64,000 nt of DNA from Candidatus Latescibacterota bacterium (GCA_965248755.1 OZ252149.1:640001-704000), one strand, 5' to 3'. Positions 39,825-49,752 are shown, counted from the stretch's first letter. Notes: generated by a model not told the origin, from the sequence alone. Made by a program: numbers and translations.

Positions 39825-41351
39825 ATGTTCAGAATGTTCGGAATAGAGACCGAGTACGGGGTCACCATCGATGGAGTTGATGAAATAGACCCTGTAAAAG
39901 AATCCATAGAGATTGTAAAAAGCTACAGACAAAACGACGTAGCAGATGTAAAATGGGATTACAGTATGGAGGACCCTCTAATAGACGTTAGGGGCTTTAG
40001 AGCCAAACAACTTCTGGAGGACCCGGACGAGAAAAAACACCAAAGGAGAGATTCAAAAAGGAATCTTTCTTTTAAGGAGATAAAAAGCGATCTTATACTG
40101 ATAAACGGGGCAAGGCTCTACAACGATCATGCGCACCCTGAGTACTCCACGCCCGAATGCACAGGGCTATTTGAACTTGTAGCCCACGATAAGGCGGGCG
40201 AGAGGATCCTTGAAGCATGCACAAAAAGGAGAAGCGAAAATCTGGACGGCAAAAGGGTAAGCCTCTACAAAAACAACACGGACTTTCACGGCCACAGCTA
40301 CGGATGCCACGACAACTACTTCATGCTTCGTAAAGTTCCGTTCGATTATTTGAAGGAACGCCTGATACCATTTTTCGTCACCCGCCAGATCTTCGCAGGA
40401 GCTGGAAAGGTGGGAACAGAATCGGAGTGCAGATCTGAACCCGGTCCTTTCCAGATAGCTCAAAGATCGGACTTTTTCATGGTAGAGACCAGCGTGGACA
40501 CTATGTACAAAAGGCCGATCATAAATACCAGAGATGAGCCACATGCCGACCCCACGAGGTTCAGGAGACTCCACGGAATCGTAGGCGACGCCAATATGTC
40601 AGAGTATTCGACAGCCCTCAAGATTGGAACAACTGTTTTGGTCCTGGACCTTATAGAGGAGGAACTAATCCAAAACGCTCCATCTTTGAGAAGACCAACC
40701 AAAGCTATTAAAGATATATCCAAAGATCAAAGCTTAAAGTGGATCGTGGAATTAGAAGATAAGAAGACTATATCGGCAGTGGACGTCCAAAGAGAGTACC
40801 TGAGCCTTGCCGAAAGACACCTGAAGGGAAGAGACCCTGAATACGATTGGGTCCTAAGAGAGTGGGAATTCGCCTTGAATACACTCGAGAGCGATCCGAT
40901 GAACCTAAAAGACAGACTCGATTGGCCCGCCAAGAAGTGGCTCCTTCAGACCTTTATACAAGAAGAGGGTCTGTCGTGGGAAGATCCGTGGGTTCAAAGT
41001 TTAGACCTTGAGTACCACAACATAGACAGACAAAGGGGGCTGTACTACGAGCTCTTAAGAGAGGGGATCATCAAGAAGCTCGTGCGGGATGAAGATGTCG
41101 AGAATTCCGTTCATTTCCCTCCTTCAAATACCAGAGCGTACTTCAGAGGCAAGTCACTGGATAAGTTCAGAGATGACATCAAGTCCATACAGTGGAACAG
41201 CATAGTATTCAGCAATGACGGAATGGAAATCTCAGTAAGTATGAACGATCTGATTGACAGTTGCTCGGTCAAGGCTTACAATAGGGCTGTGGACGACTCA
41301 ACGACGTCAACGGAGCTTTTGCACGCTATAAGGAGGCTAAAAAATGAGTAG
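39825..41351 (+). CDS. dop: Dop-like deamidase/deconjugase
   Basis: FGIETEYG, NGARLYNDHAHPEYSTPEC, GHSYGCHDNY, NTRDEPHAD. Confidence 0.92.
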   Translation: MFRMFGIETEYGVTIDGVDEIDPVKESIEIVKSYRQNDVADVKWDYSMEDPLIDVRGFRAKQLLEDPDEKKHQRRDSKRNLSFKEIKSDLILINGARLYNDHAHPEYSTPECTGLFELVAHDKAGERILEACTKRRSENLDGKRVSLYKNNTDFHGHSYGCHDNYFMLRKVPFDYLKERLIPFFVTRQIFAGAGKVGTESECRSEPGPFQIAQRSDFFMVETSVDTMYKRPIINTRDEPHADPTRFRRLHGIVGDANMSEYSTALKIGTTVLVLDLIEEELIQNAPSLRRPTKAIKDISKDQSLKWIVELEDKKTISAVDVQREYLSLAERHLKGRDPEYDWVLREWEFALNTLESDPMNLKDRLDWPAKKWLLQTFIQEEGLSWEDPWVQSLDLEYHNIDRQRGLYYELLREGIIKKLVRDEDVENSVHFPPSNTRAYFRGKSLDKFRDDIKSIQWNSIVFSNDGMEISVSMNDLIDSCSVKAYNRAVDDSTTSTELLHAIRRLKNE

Positions 41352-41544
41352 ATTTTTCTATAAAAGCACAGAACTCAGGGACAGAATACCCAGACCCGTC
41401 GATCCCTGGGATAAGAAAGAGGGCCAGGATGAAGGCCCATCGAGACCGAAGGTGGACAGACCAGATACAAGAGAGCTGCTCAAAAGGATGAGAAGGGTCG
41501 ATCCTAATCAGTCGAAGAGATACAGACAGAGAACGGGCGAGTAG
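41344..41544 (+). CDS. ubact: Ubiquitin-like modifier UBact
   Basis: 66 aa, charged; LLKRMRRVDPNQSKRYRQRTGE with R[TS]G[EQ] C-terminus; located between dop and prcB. Confidence 0.93.
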   Translation: MSRFFYKSTELRDRIPRPVDPWDKKEGQDEGPSRPKVDRPDTRELLKRMRRVDPNQSKRYRQRTGE

Positions 41545-41547
41545 TAA

Positions 41548-42369
41548 ATGGATTATAAGGGCGACTTTTTAAGCCTGATAGAAGATCAAGGAAACAAATC
41601 GGAGAGCAAGGAAAGGACTCTGCGCCTTCCTTCAAGAGAGGAGGGGTTATCAGAAGGTTCTCTTCCCTTTTCGACAGAAGGGACCACGATCTTGGCTGTC
41701 AGATACAAAGATGGAGTCGTCGTAGCGGGAGATCGCAGAGCCACATCTGGCACGTCAGTGGTCTACGACCGGGCGGATAAGGTCATAGACATAGATGAGT
41801 ACTCCGTGATGGCGATCTCAGGCTCTCCCGCAATGGCTTTTGAGATAGCAAGGACCCTGGAACACTCGTTTAAGTACTACAGGAGGAGTCAACTTCAGGA
41901 AATGAGTTTAGAAGGTAAACTCAGAACTCTGTCAAGGCTGATAAGGGATAACCTCCCCTTAGCTCTACAGGGCATCGGGGCAGTCATACCGATATTTGCG
42001 GCGTTCGATCTCTATCAAGGGGAAGAGGGCGAAGGTAGGATATACTTCTACGACGGTCTTGGGGCGCAGTTCGAGTGCGCCGATTTTTCCACGTCTGGTT
42101 CAGGTTCTCTTGGGATCAGAGGTGCCCTGTATTATCTTAATAGATGGGGCGAAAAGCCCTTTGTGGATATGACCAGGGACGAATCTATAACCTTAGTTTT
42201 AAGGATGCTCGATTCGGCCTCCGAATACGACACAGCCACGGGCGGATATAACAAAAAATCCAATATCTTTCCTCTTGTTAAATCTATAAGCAAAGACGGA
42301 ATACAGGAAATATCCGCAGGAGACTTGGAGAGGACGTACAGCCAGAATGTGGAGATACAAAACAAGTAG
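41548..42369 (+). CDS. prcB: 20S proteasome beta subunit
   Basis: Propeptide, then G/TTILA catalytic Thr; AGDRRAT, SGSG. Confidence 0.93.
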   Translation: MDYKGDFLSLIEDQGNKSESKERTLRLPSREEGLSEGSLPFSTEGTTILAVRYKDGVVVAGDRRATSGTSVVYDRADKVIDIDEYSVMAISGSPAMAFEIARTLEHSFKYYRRSQLQEMSLEGKLRTLSRLIRDNLPLALQGIGAVIPIFAAFDLYQGEEGEGRIYFYDGLGAQFECADFSTSGSGSLGIRGALYYLNRWGEKPFVDMTRDESITLVLRMLDSASEYDTATGGYNKKSNIFPLVKSISKDGIQEISAGDLERTYSQNVEIQNK

Positions 42370-42444
42370 GTAGCAAACAGTAGACAGCATACAGGGAGGG
42401 TGAGGTGCCCTGACTACTGTCTACTTTCTTTTGGGAGACGATGG

Positions 42445-43248
42445 ATGTTCGATGAGCCCTACAGATGGGTCGAGGCAATCTCAAATCGCAGAGAATATAT
42501 AGAAGATCAGTTGAGACTTGGCAACCCCGTCGTTGGTCTAGCTTATGACGACGGGGCTTTATTGTTGACAGTAACGACAGGACAGAGAAAACTCTTTGAG
42601 ATACACGATACGATAGCCTTTTCGGCTCTCGGGCATCCTGCTGATATCGAAAGGCTCAGGATCGTGGCTATAGACCAGGCTCACGTTGAAGGATTCACCA
42701 GGTCAGCCGATGATGTATCTTCGCACAGGCTCGTAAACTTCATAATAGCCCCCATAATTAAGCAGGCTTTCGATGAGATATTCAGGTCCCCTTATATAGC
42801 CAAGATATTCATAGCGGAACTTGAATCGATAGACAAAAACGTTCAGTTTTACTCCATAAACTACGACGGTTCTTTCCAAAGCGGAGGTGGCTTTAAGGCC
42901 CTGGCAGGCACAGAGGATGCCGAAAGCGATATGAGCAGATTCCTCTCTGATATCAGCACGGATAAGCTGAGCTTGGGCGATGCGTTGGATGGGGCGTTGA
43001 AGGCATGGGCCCTCGGGAGGATAAAGAGCCTATCCACAGATGAGTCAGCAGAAGATTCAAGCGATTCGAAAGATGTGGACATCGAAGAATTCCTCAGAAA
43101 GGAATTCCAAAACGGCTCTTTGGAAGCAGCCGTGCTGGAAAGATCAACGCAGAGAGAGAGCAAATTTAGGTTCTTATCAAAAGAGGAAGTTGAACCGTTA
43201 GAGTCCAAATACGCCCGAAGTAATCAGACAGCTAAAAGTAGAGAGTAG
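42445..43248 (+). CDS. prcA: 20S proteasome alpha subunit
   Basis: MFDEPYRW start, KLFEIHD, YDGS, LEAAVLER; follows prcB. Confidence 0.9.
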   Translation: MFDEPYRWVEAISNRREYIEDQLRLGNPVVGLAYDDGALLLTVTTGQRKLFEIHDTIAFSALGHPADIERLRIVAIDQAHVEGFTRSADDVSSHRLVNFIIAPIIKQAFDEIFRSPYIAKIFIAELESIDKNVQFYSINYDGSFQSGGGFKALAGTEDAESDMSRFLSDISTDKLSLGDALDGALKAWALGRIKSLSTDESAEDSSDSKDVDIEEFLRKEFQNGSLEAAVLERSTQRESKFRFLSKEEVEPLESKYARSNQTAKSRE

Positions 43249-43336
43249 ACAGGGGCAAACTGGCTTCCTGTATGCTGACTACCGGCTAATTATCTAAGTT
43301 GTCTACGCAATTACTCTCTAATTCCATTTTAAATCA

Positions 43337-43447
43337 ATGATCAAAAGAATATACGGACTTGAGACCGAATATGGATGTTTAGGCAAGGACGATATGTCCT
43401 TCGGCGCAGTTTCACGGAGTTCGCAGAGGCAGATTAATCTACGTTGA
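43337..43447 (+). pseudogene. Truncated pafA 5' duplicate
   Basis: MIKRIYGLETEYGCLGKDDMSFGA, then unrelated sequence and a stop. Confidence 0.9.
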
Positions 43448-43827
43448 GCAACCCGAGAACGCGAATGGCGTGGCTACGGTCTATGTTAGGGCGTCGGCGA
43501 TGATTACGCGTAGCCGAAATCTGACCGCAGCCAAGTGGCAAGAAGACGGGGACACACTTCCCCCTGACTTCGGTCGGCCACTTCGACCTCCTACGGCTTT
43601 CATCAGATTACCGTCGGATAAGCCCGCAGTTCAAGCGCTTCGAGAGTTTTTGATCCATCATCTGATTTCGTGGCTCCAACGGGTAAACCGCCAGCCAGGG
43701 GCAGGACAGCGTGCGATCACTCAATATGTGGGTCGTGCCGGCAGCGTATATATTGGATTGGCGGTTTTGGCAGCATTAAGTGGACTTTAAAAATAAAATT
43801 AACCGTTAATATTTGAGGAGAAGTATA

Positions 43828-44427
43828 ATGAATCAGAATTTCACGAAGTTAGCGTTCACTGATAGTGTTAAAAACTTTCAGGAACAATACGGCTCGCGTA
43901 AATCATACGCCCGTATGGAAACGTCCGGTGATCAGTATGTTTTAACGAACAGGGAAATTCCTTTCATAAAATCAAGGGACAGTTTTTATATGGCTACAGT
44001 TGGAGAGAACGGCTGGCCGTATGTTCAATACCGCGGTGGTCCGAAAGGATTTTTAAAAGTAATTGATAGTACAACTCTTGGCTTTGCTGACTTTCGCGGC
44101 AACATGCAATATATCAGTGCTGGAAATATGAATGCGAACCGCAAAGCATCTCTGTTTTTGATCGATTATCCTTCCAGGCAGAGATTGAAGATATGGGCAG
44201 CATCCAAAGTGGTTGAAGCGGATGAAGATCCGAAATTGTTCAAGAAGCTCATTGTTCCGGATTATGAAGCAAGAATCGAAAGAATGATAGTTTTCAACAT
44301 ACAGGCATACGATTGGAATTGCTCGCAACACATCACGCCGCGCTACACTAATGAAGAAATTGCCGGAGAAATAGGAAGATCAAATCCGGATATCTTAAAA
44401 TCTTGTTGTCCCGATGATGTTGAGTAA
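43828..44427 (+). CDS. Pyridoxamine 5'-phosphate oxidase-like FMN-binding protein
   Basis: FYMATV..GWPYVQYRGGPKGFL, FADFRGN.QYIS.GN, DWNCSQHITPRY. Confidence 0.9.
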   Translation: MNQNFTKLAFTDSVKNFQEQYGSRKSYARMETSGDQYVLTNREIPFIKSRDSFYMATVGENGWPYVQYRGGPKGFLKVIDSTTLGFADFRGNMQYISAGNMNANRKASLFLIDYPSRQRLKIWAASKVVEADEDPKLFKKLIVPDYEARIERMIVFNIQAYDWNCSQHITPRYTNEEIAGEIGRSNPDILKSCCPDDVE

Positions 44428-44548
44428 GTGCACAATTGCGAAGCACATACTTAAGGCGTTATAAAAATTAGGTAATGCAGTAGGAAAGTTGCACTTGGTA
44501 CGTTGACATTTTCTTGATCTGTAGCGATATTTGGGACATGAAAAATTG

Positions 44549-44606
44549 CCCTCGCTGCAACCGACGGTCCGCTGACGTGTCCGGCGGCTGAGCTTGGCCG
44601 GTAGGC
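44549..44606 (+). other. Degenerate integron attC-like site
   Basis: TCGCTGCAACCGACGGTCCGC...GCGGCTGAGC...GGTAGGC imperfect palindrome ending one mismatch from GTTAGGC; left R'' box absent. Confidence 0.5.
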
Positions 44607-44638
44607 TTCCAGATACGAGAGCCAACAAAGGAGAGGCT

Positions 44639-45094
44639 ATGACTAATCTAAAAAGAATTTTGGCTGTATTTTTGGTTTTATTATTAACAGGATGTGCAAC
44701 AACTAGAGGAGGTTTATCTAGGAACCAAGAAATCCAGAACCTGATACAGACCTATCAGCGCAGCTTGAACGAAGGTGACCTGGGCTTAGTCAGGAGCGTC
44801 TACGCCACCGACGCGATCTTCATCGGCCAGCCTTTTCCCACAGCTACCGGCGTTGAGGAAATTGTAGCGCTCTATGCAGACTTCTTCTCGAAGGTCGACT
44901 TCGACATTCAGTTCGACGTTCAGGAAATCGAGCTGAGCAGCGACCTGGGCTTCGTTCGCACTCTGTCTCACGGCACCATCGTACCCAAGGGCCAGAATCC
45001 CGAAGGCACTGAAGGCAACCGCGAGATCTTCGTGGTGAAAAAGATCGACGGTGTGTGGAAGTTCTACCGCTACATGTTCAACGCCGAGGTTTGA
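44639..45094 (+). CDS. SnoaL/NTF2-like (YybH-type) protein with lipoprotein signal
   Basis: LLTG-C lipobox; YATDAIF, G.EEI.ALY, NREIFV.KK.DGVWKF.RYMFN. Confidence 0.85.
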   Translation: MTNLKRILAVFLVLLLTGCATTRGGLSRNQEIQNLIQTYQRSLNEGDLGLVRSVYATDAIFIGQPFPTATGVEEIVALYADFFSKVDFDIQFDVQEIELSSDLGFVRTLSHGTIVPKGQNPEGTEGNREIFVVKKIDGVWKFYRYMFNAEV

Positions 45095-45285
45095 CGGCGC
45101 GGGCCATTAAGATCGGAGCGACAGGCGGTTCGAGAAGCATTTCCTGCCCTCCGAGCCGTTGGCTTGAGCAGTCATCAGAACTGGCTCTGCCAGGAGCGCT
45201 GGTAGAGTTTTAGCGCCTAACCTGAAATAATAAGAAGAGCGCAAGCTTGTCGGAAGCCGGAGAGGTTTTGCGCTATGCAAAATCA

Positions 45286-46764
45286 ATGATCAAAAGAATA
45301 TACGGACTTGAGACCGAATACGGGTGTTTAGCCCAGGACGATATGTCCTTCAGCGCGCCCGAAAACATCTCTGTCAAAGTTAAAGATCACATCTTCTACA
45401 AAAATAACCTCGGGGTTATGGACATACACCACAGGGGATGGGATGAGCCACCCGGCAACGGCGGATTCCTCTTCAACTCAGGCAGAGTCTACATAGATAT
45501 GGGACACATAGAATATGCCACGCCAGAATGCACAGGCCTTTTCGATACTGTGACATCGGATAAAGCAGGAGAGAGAATATTACAAAGGGCACTGGCAGAT
45601 TTGGGCCTGAAGGGACAGGCTTCCTTCATCAAAAATAATGTGGACCACTTCACAGGTGCCACGTTCGGATGTCACGAAAACTACCTTCTTCGAAGAGATA
45701 TCCCCTTTTCCAAAGTTGTGATTCCCAAACTCCTCCCATTTTTCGTAACCAGACAGATATTTACGGGAGCCGGAAGAGTTGGAAACCACAACGAGATGTT
45801 CGACTATGGGATTGAGGACGGAAAAGGGATAGAATATCAAATATCTCAAAGAGCCGATTACATAGTTACTGAGATCTATCAGTGGATACAGTTCAGCCGC
45901 TCTATAGTCAACAGCAGAGACGAACCGCTTGCCGACTACACCAAATACAGAAGGCTACATCTTTTGGTCGGCGATTCCAACATGTCCGAGTACGCTATAG
46001 CTTTGAAGATAGGTACAACCGCGGTGATGCTAAGCCTGGTGGAGGGTGGACACATAACCGAGGACATAAGCCTTATGGATCCCGTGCAGGCCTTAAAGGA
46101 CATATCCCGAGATCAGCATTTCATATGGCTGGTGCGCCTTGGTGCCGGAAGAACTATATCGGCCGTAGATATTCAAAGGATATACCTGTCTCTTGCACAG
46201 AAATACCTCAAAGGCAGGGATGAAGAACTCGATTGGGTGATCAGAGAGTGGGAGTCAGTGTTAGACAGTCTGGAAAGAGACCCTATGGAACTGATAGATA
46301 GAGTCGACTGGGTGGCGAAAAGATCTCTCCTGGAGACCTTTGTAGAAGAAGAAGGTGTATCCTGGGATGATCCCTGGATCGTGAGCCTGGACCTTGAATA
46401 TCACAATATAGATCCGGAAAATGGCCTCTATTACGGACTCGAAAGAGGTGGAGGAATGCGCCGCGTAACTACGGACGAACAGATAGAAAAGGCGATCTAC
46501 AACCCTCCACAGAACACCAGAGCAAGGGGCAGAGCGCAGGCTGCAAGGAAGCTTTCAGAGAAAAAACTCCGCCGCCGATACGCTATAGATTGGGATTCTA
46601 TATACCTTGAGGGTGATAAATATTTAGATATGAAAGATCCCTTTAAGACATATCAGAATGAGGTATCCAAACTCTTTAAACTGTCCAAGGTCCCCTTCTT
46701 CCTGAAAGATGAGGACAGATCCCGATTGAAGCAGGAAAGCAAAAGAAGCAGAAGGGCGAGATAA
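45286..46764 (+). CDS. pafA: PafA-like modifier-protein ligase
   Basis: IYGLETEYG, GHIEYATPEC, FGCHENY, RDEPLAD..KYRRLHL, LDLEYH. Confidence 0.92.
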   Translation: MIKRIYGLETEYGCLAQDDMSFSAPENISVKVKDHIFYKNNLGVMDIHHRGWDEPPGNGGFLFNSGRVYIDMGHIEYATPECTGLFDTVTSDKAGERILQRALADLGLKGQASFIKNNVDHFTGATFGCHENYLLRRDIPFSKVVIPKLLPFFVTRQIFTGAGRVGNHNEMFDYGIEDGKGIEYQISQRADYIVTEIYQWIQFSRSIVNSRDEPLADYTKYRRLHLLVGDSNMSEYAIALKIGTTAVMLSLVEGGHITEDISLMDPVQALKDISRDQHFIWLVRLGAGRTISAVDIQRIYLSLAQKYLKGRDEELDWVIREWESVLDSLERDPMELIDRVDWVAKRSLLETFVEEEGVSWDDPWIVSLDLEYHNIDPENGLYYGLERGGGMRRVTTDEQIEKAIYNPPQNTRARGRAQAARKLSEKKLRRRYAIDWDSIYLEGDKYLDMKDPFKTYQNEVSKLFKLSKVPFFLKDEDRSRLKQESKRSRRAR

Positions 46765-46919
46765 TAGAGATACAATCTCGCGCGGTGGTTGTACTAATCT
46801 GCACCATATGTCTTCTGTTTAACCCTGTGGGAAATCGAGATTCTATGCAATCTACATGCTTAATCTTAAAAACCATACTTAATCTTTAAGGCTTTGAAAG
46901 ATGTCCAAGAACTTTCCCC

Positions 46920-46948
46920 TTGATCTTCTCTAATTTTCTTAGTATTAT
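46920..46948 (+). promoter_or_regulatory. Putative sigma70 promoter for ctpA
   Basis: TTGATC-N17-TATTAT. Confidence 0.45.
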
Positions 46949-47064
46949 GTATATAGGAAATACCAAAGGCATCCGTCTATCTACCCTTTGACGACGAGAT
47001 TAATTTAAATGGCTTGTGATTGCAATTACCCGGAAGGGGTTCATTATTCTTGGAGTGCTCTTCG

Positions 47065-48708
47065 ATGAAAAAGAGACTCCTACTGACCGCTATAGTTTTG
47101 TCTTTTGCAATTTCGGTGTCAGCTCTGTGGATAGCTATAGAGAGGGCTCAGGCATCCAGAAGTGCCAATATTGCTCAGAGACTTGCGCTTTTGAACGAAA
47201 TTATGGTCAAGGTCCGAGATCACTACGTTGAGGAAGTAGATGTAGTTGATCTGACGGAGGGTATGATAAGAAGCCTCTTGGAAGGCCTCGATCCCCACTC
47301 CAATTATATTCCTCCGGAAGAGACCAAGAGGATGAACGAAAGATTTCAGGGCCACTTCTACGGGATAGGTATAAGCTACTATATAATGCACGACTCCTTA
47401 ACGGTCATGTTTCCTATTGAGGGAACACCGGCTTATAAGGTCGGACTCAAACCCTGGGACAAGATCGTAAAGATAGACGGAGAATCGGCCCTCGGGATAA
47501 CCAGTGATAAGGTTCAAAAAAGACTCAAAGGATCCCGAGGAACCACTGTAAACGTCTCTGTCAAGCGGGAGGGCAAAGACGAGCTTTTGGAGTTCACCAT
47601 CATAAGGAATGAAATACCGCTCAAGAGCATATCTTACTATTTTATGATTCGCCCAGGGACAGGCTATATAAAGTTAAGCAACTTTTCGAACACTACATCT
47701 GATGAATTAGATCAGGCCACAGACGATCTTAGACGGAACAGTATGGAGCGGCTCATACTCGATCTGAGATGGAACGGCGGAGGTCCTCTTGATCAGGCTG
47801 TGCAGGTGGCTGACAAGTTCCTCTGGGACGGCAAGATCGTATATACTAAGGGAAAATACCAGGCCAACAATCGCGAGTACGATGCCCACAAGGGCCAAGA
47901 TGATTGGAGACCTCCACTTATAGTTATGATCAACCACAGCAGTGCCAGTGCGTCTGAGATAGTCTCCGGCGCGATTCAGGACCAAGACAGAGGACTGGTC
48001 GTAGGGCAGTCAAGCTTCGGCAAGGGGCTTGTCCAGCATCAATTCCCCCTTGAAAAAGATGGAGGCGGCACGCTGCTGCTTACAGTGGCAAAATACTACA
48101 CTCCACTGGGACGCCTGATTCAAAGGCCATACAAGGGCAAAGACAGACAGGAGTACATTTACGAAGGGATAGATACAAACGCGGATGCCGACAGTTTAAA
48201 CCTCTCAAATAAAGATGTCTATTACACACCAGGCGGCCGCAAGGTCTACGGAGGAGGAGGCATCACACCGGATATAATACTCCAGCCAGATACTCTGACA
48301 ACCTTTGGATATAAACTGCGTGATCCTAAATATATATTTGAATTTTCTAACAGATACCTCAGAGAAAACAAAGACATAATAACCGTTGAGTTTGAGCAAT
48401 TTCTGGAAGACTCTAATATACCAGAGGATGAGCTGCTATCGCAGTTCAAGGAATTCTTGCTAGATAACAGTCCTAAGTTCAATGAGAAGGTCACTAAGGA
48501 CTTCCAAAAGGACTTCCAAAAGGCCAGAGGTTTTATAGAAAGGAGCATAAAAGCTGAGATCGCCAGGATCGCCTGGGGTCGTACAGAAAGCGGCAGAGTC
48601 TATGTAGAAGGTGATTCAGAGGTGCTGGCCGCGTTGAACCTTTTCAAAGAGGCCCTGGTTATAGTCCAAAACAAAGAAAAAGCTGAGGCCGAAAGACACG
48701 TAAGATAA
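47065..48708 (+). CDS. ctpA: Carboxy-terminal processing protease (S41A, PDZ)
   Basis: Signal peptide, LDPHS, PDZ, DLRWNGGG, SASASEI, FGKGLVQ. Confidence 0.93.
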   Translation: MKKRLLLTAIVLSFAISVSALWIAIERAQASRSANIAQRLALLNEIMVKVRDHYVEEVDVVDLTEGMIRSLLEGLDPHSNYIPPEETKRMNERFQGHFYGIGISYYIMHDSLTVMFPIEGTPAYKVGLKPWDKIVKIDGESALGITSDKVQKRLKGSRGTTVNVSVKREGKDELLEFTIIRNEIPLKSISYYFMIRPGTGYIKLSNFSNTTSDELDQATDDLRRNSMERLILDLRWNGGGPLDQAVQVADKFLWDGKIVYTKGKYQANNREYDAHKGQDDWRPPLIVMINHSSASASEIVSGAIQDQDRGLVVGQSSFGKGLVQHQFPLEKDGGGTLLLTVAKYYTPLGRLIQRPYKGKDRQEYIYEGIDTNADADSLNLSNKDVYYTPGGRKVYGGGGITPDIILQPDTLTTFGYKLRDPKYIFEFSNRYLRENKDIITVEFEQFLEDSNIPEDELLSQFKEFLLDNSPKFNEKVTKDFQKDFQKARGFIERSIKAEIARIAWGRTESGRVYVEGDSEVLAALNLFKEALVIVQNKEKAEAERHVR

Positions 48709-48731
48709 GCACTTAATAGGGAGAATCAAAG

Positions 48732-49706
48732 ATGGGCTGGAACGTATATGTAACTCGCAGGCTTCCCCAGTCTGCAATGGACATTGTTGAGGCTAACTGT
48801 GACATAATGGATGTCAATCCCGAAGACAGGATCCTCTCAAGGGAGGAACTCCTTTCCAACGTAAAGGGCAGAGATGGTATTCTGTGCCTTCTGACGGACA
48901 CTATTGACGAAGAATTGCTCTCTGTAGCAGAGGGCGCAAAGATATTCGCAAATTACGCCGTTGGGTTTGATAACATAGACGTGGAGGCTGCTACGAGGCA
49001 GAAGGTAATAGTCACAAACACGCCCGGAGTCCTTACCGAGACGACGTCGGACATGGCGTGGGCCTTGCTGTTCAGCATAGCAAGGAGGATCGTGGAAGCA
49101 GACAGATTCACAAGAGCGGGCAAGTTTTCTGGCTGGGGACCGATGATGTTCCTCGGGAACGATGTGACGGGCAAAACCCTGGGAGTGATCGGATCCGGAA
49201 GGGTCGGAGAGTCCATGGCTCTCAAGTCCAAAGGATTCGGGATGAACGTGCTGTACAACGACATGGTCGGTAACGAGACGTTGGAAAAAGAGCTGGGTGC
49301 AAAGAGAGTCGAACTCGATGAACTCCTTTCCCAATCGGATTTTATCTCGACCCACGTCCTTTTATCTCCCCACACGACACACCTTATCGGAGAGCGTGAA
49401 TTCGGCTTAATGAAAAAGACCGCCTATCTTATCAACACCTCCAGAGGTCCCGTAATAGACGAGGCAGCGCTTGTAAAGGCACTTAAGGACGGCGAAATAG
49501 CCGGAGCCGCTTTGGACGTCTTTGAGAACGAGCCAGAGCTTAAGCCGGGTTTGGCTGACCTGGACAACGTCGTGATAGTCCCGCATATAGCCAGCGCCAC
49601 AGTCGAAACCAGAACAAAGATGGCGGTGATGGCAGCGGAGAACCTTATAGCGGGACTAGAAGGACGGCGTCCTCCCAACATAGTAAATCCGGAAGTTCTT
49701 CATTAG
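48732..49706 (+). CDS. D-2-hydroxyacid dehydrogenase (glyoxylate/hydroxypyruvate reductase)
   Basis: AVGFDNID, GSGRVG, NTSRG, DVFENEP, PHIASAT. Confidence 0.93.
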   Translation: MGWNVYVTRRLPQSAMDIVEANCDIMDVNPEDRILSREELLSNVKGRDGILCLLTDTIDEELLSVAEGAKIFANYAVGFDNIDVEAATRQKVIVTNTPGVLTETTSDMAWALLFSIARRIVEADRFTRAGKFSGWGPMMFLGNDVTGKTLGVIGSGRVGESMALKSKGFGMNVLYNDMVGNETLEKELGAKRVELDELLSQSDFISTHVLLSPHTTHLIGEREFGLMKKTAYLINTSRGPVIDEAALVKALKDGEIAGAALDVFENEPELKPGLADLDNVVIVPHIASATVETRTKMAVMAAENLIAGLEGRRPPNIVNPEVLH

Positions 49707-49752
49707 CATTAGACTGACACTTTGCCAAATCTAAACTTGGAGGAAAACACAG

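Larger units (their letters stand above)
43331..45356. mobile_element. About 1.95-kb insertion at the pafA 5' end, bounded by 77-bp direct repeats
   Basis: 43331-43407 vs 45280-45356 differ at 5 positions; foreign-looking cargo; no integrase. Confidence 0.7.

Noticed and set aside
41344..41544. Actinobacterial Pup
   Set aside because: Ends RTGE rather than GGE/GGQ and fits the UBact pattern
43470..43790. 106-aa ORF inside the pafA insert
   Set aside because: No RBS or coherent domain; at most a regulator-like C-terminal fragment (DKPAVQALREFL)
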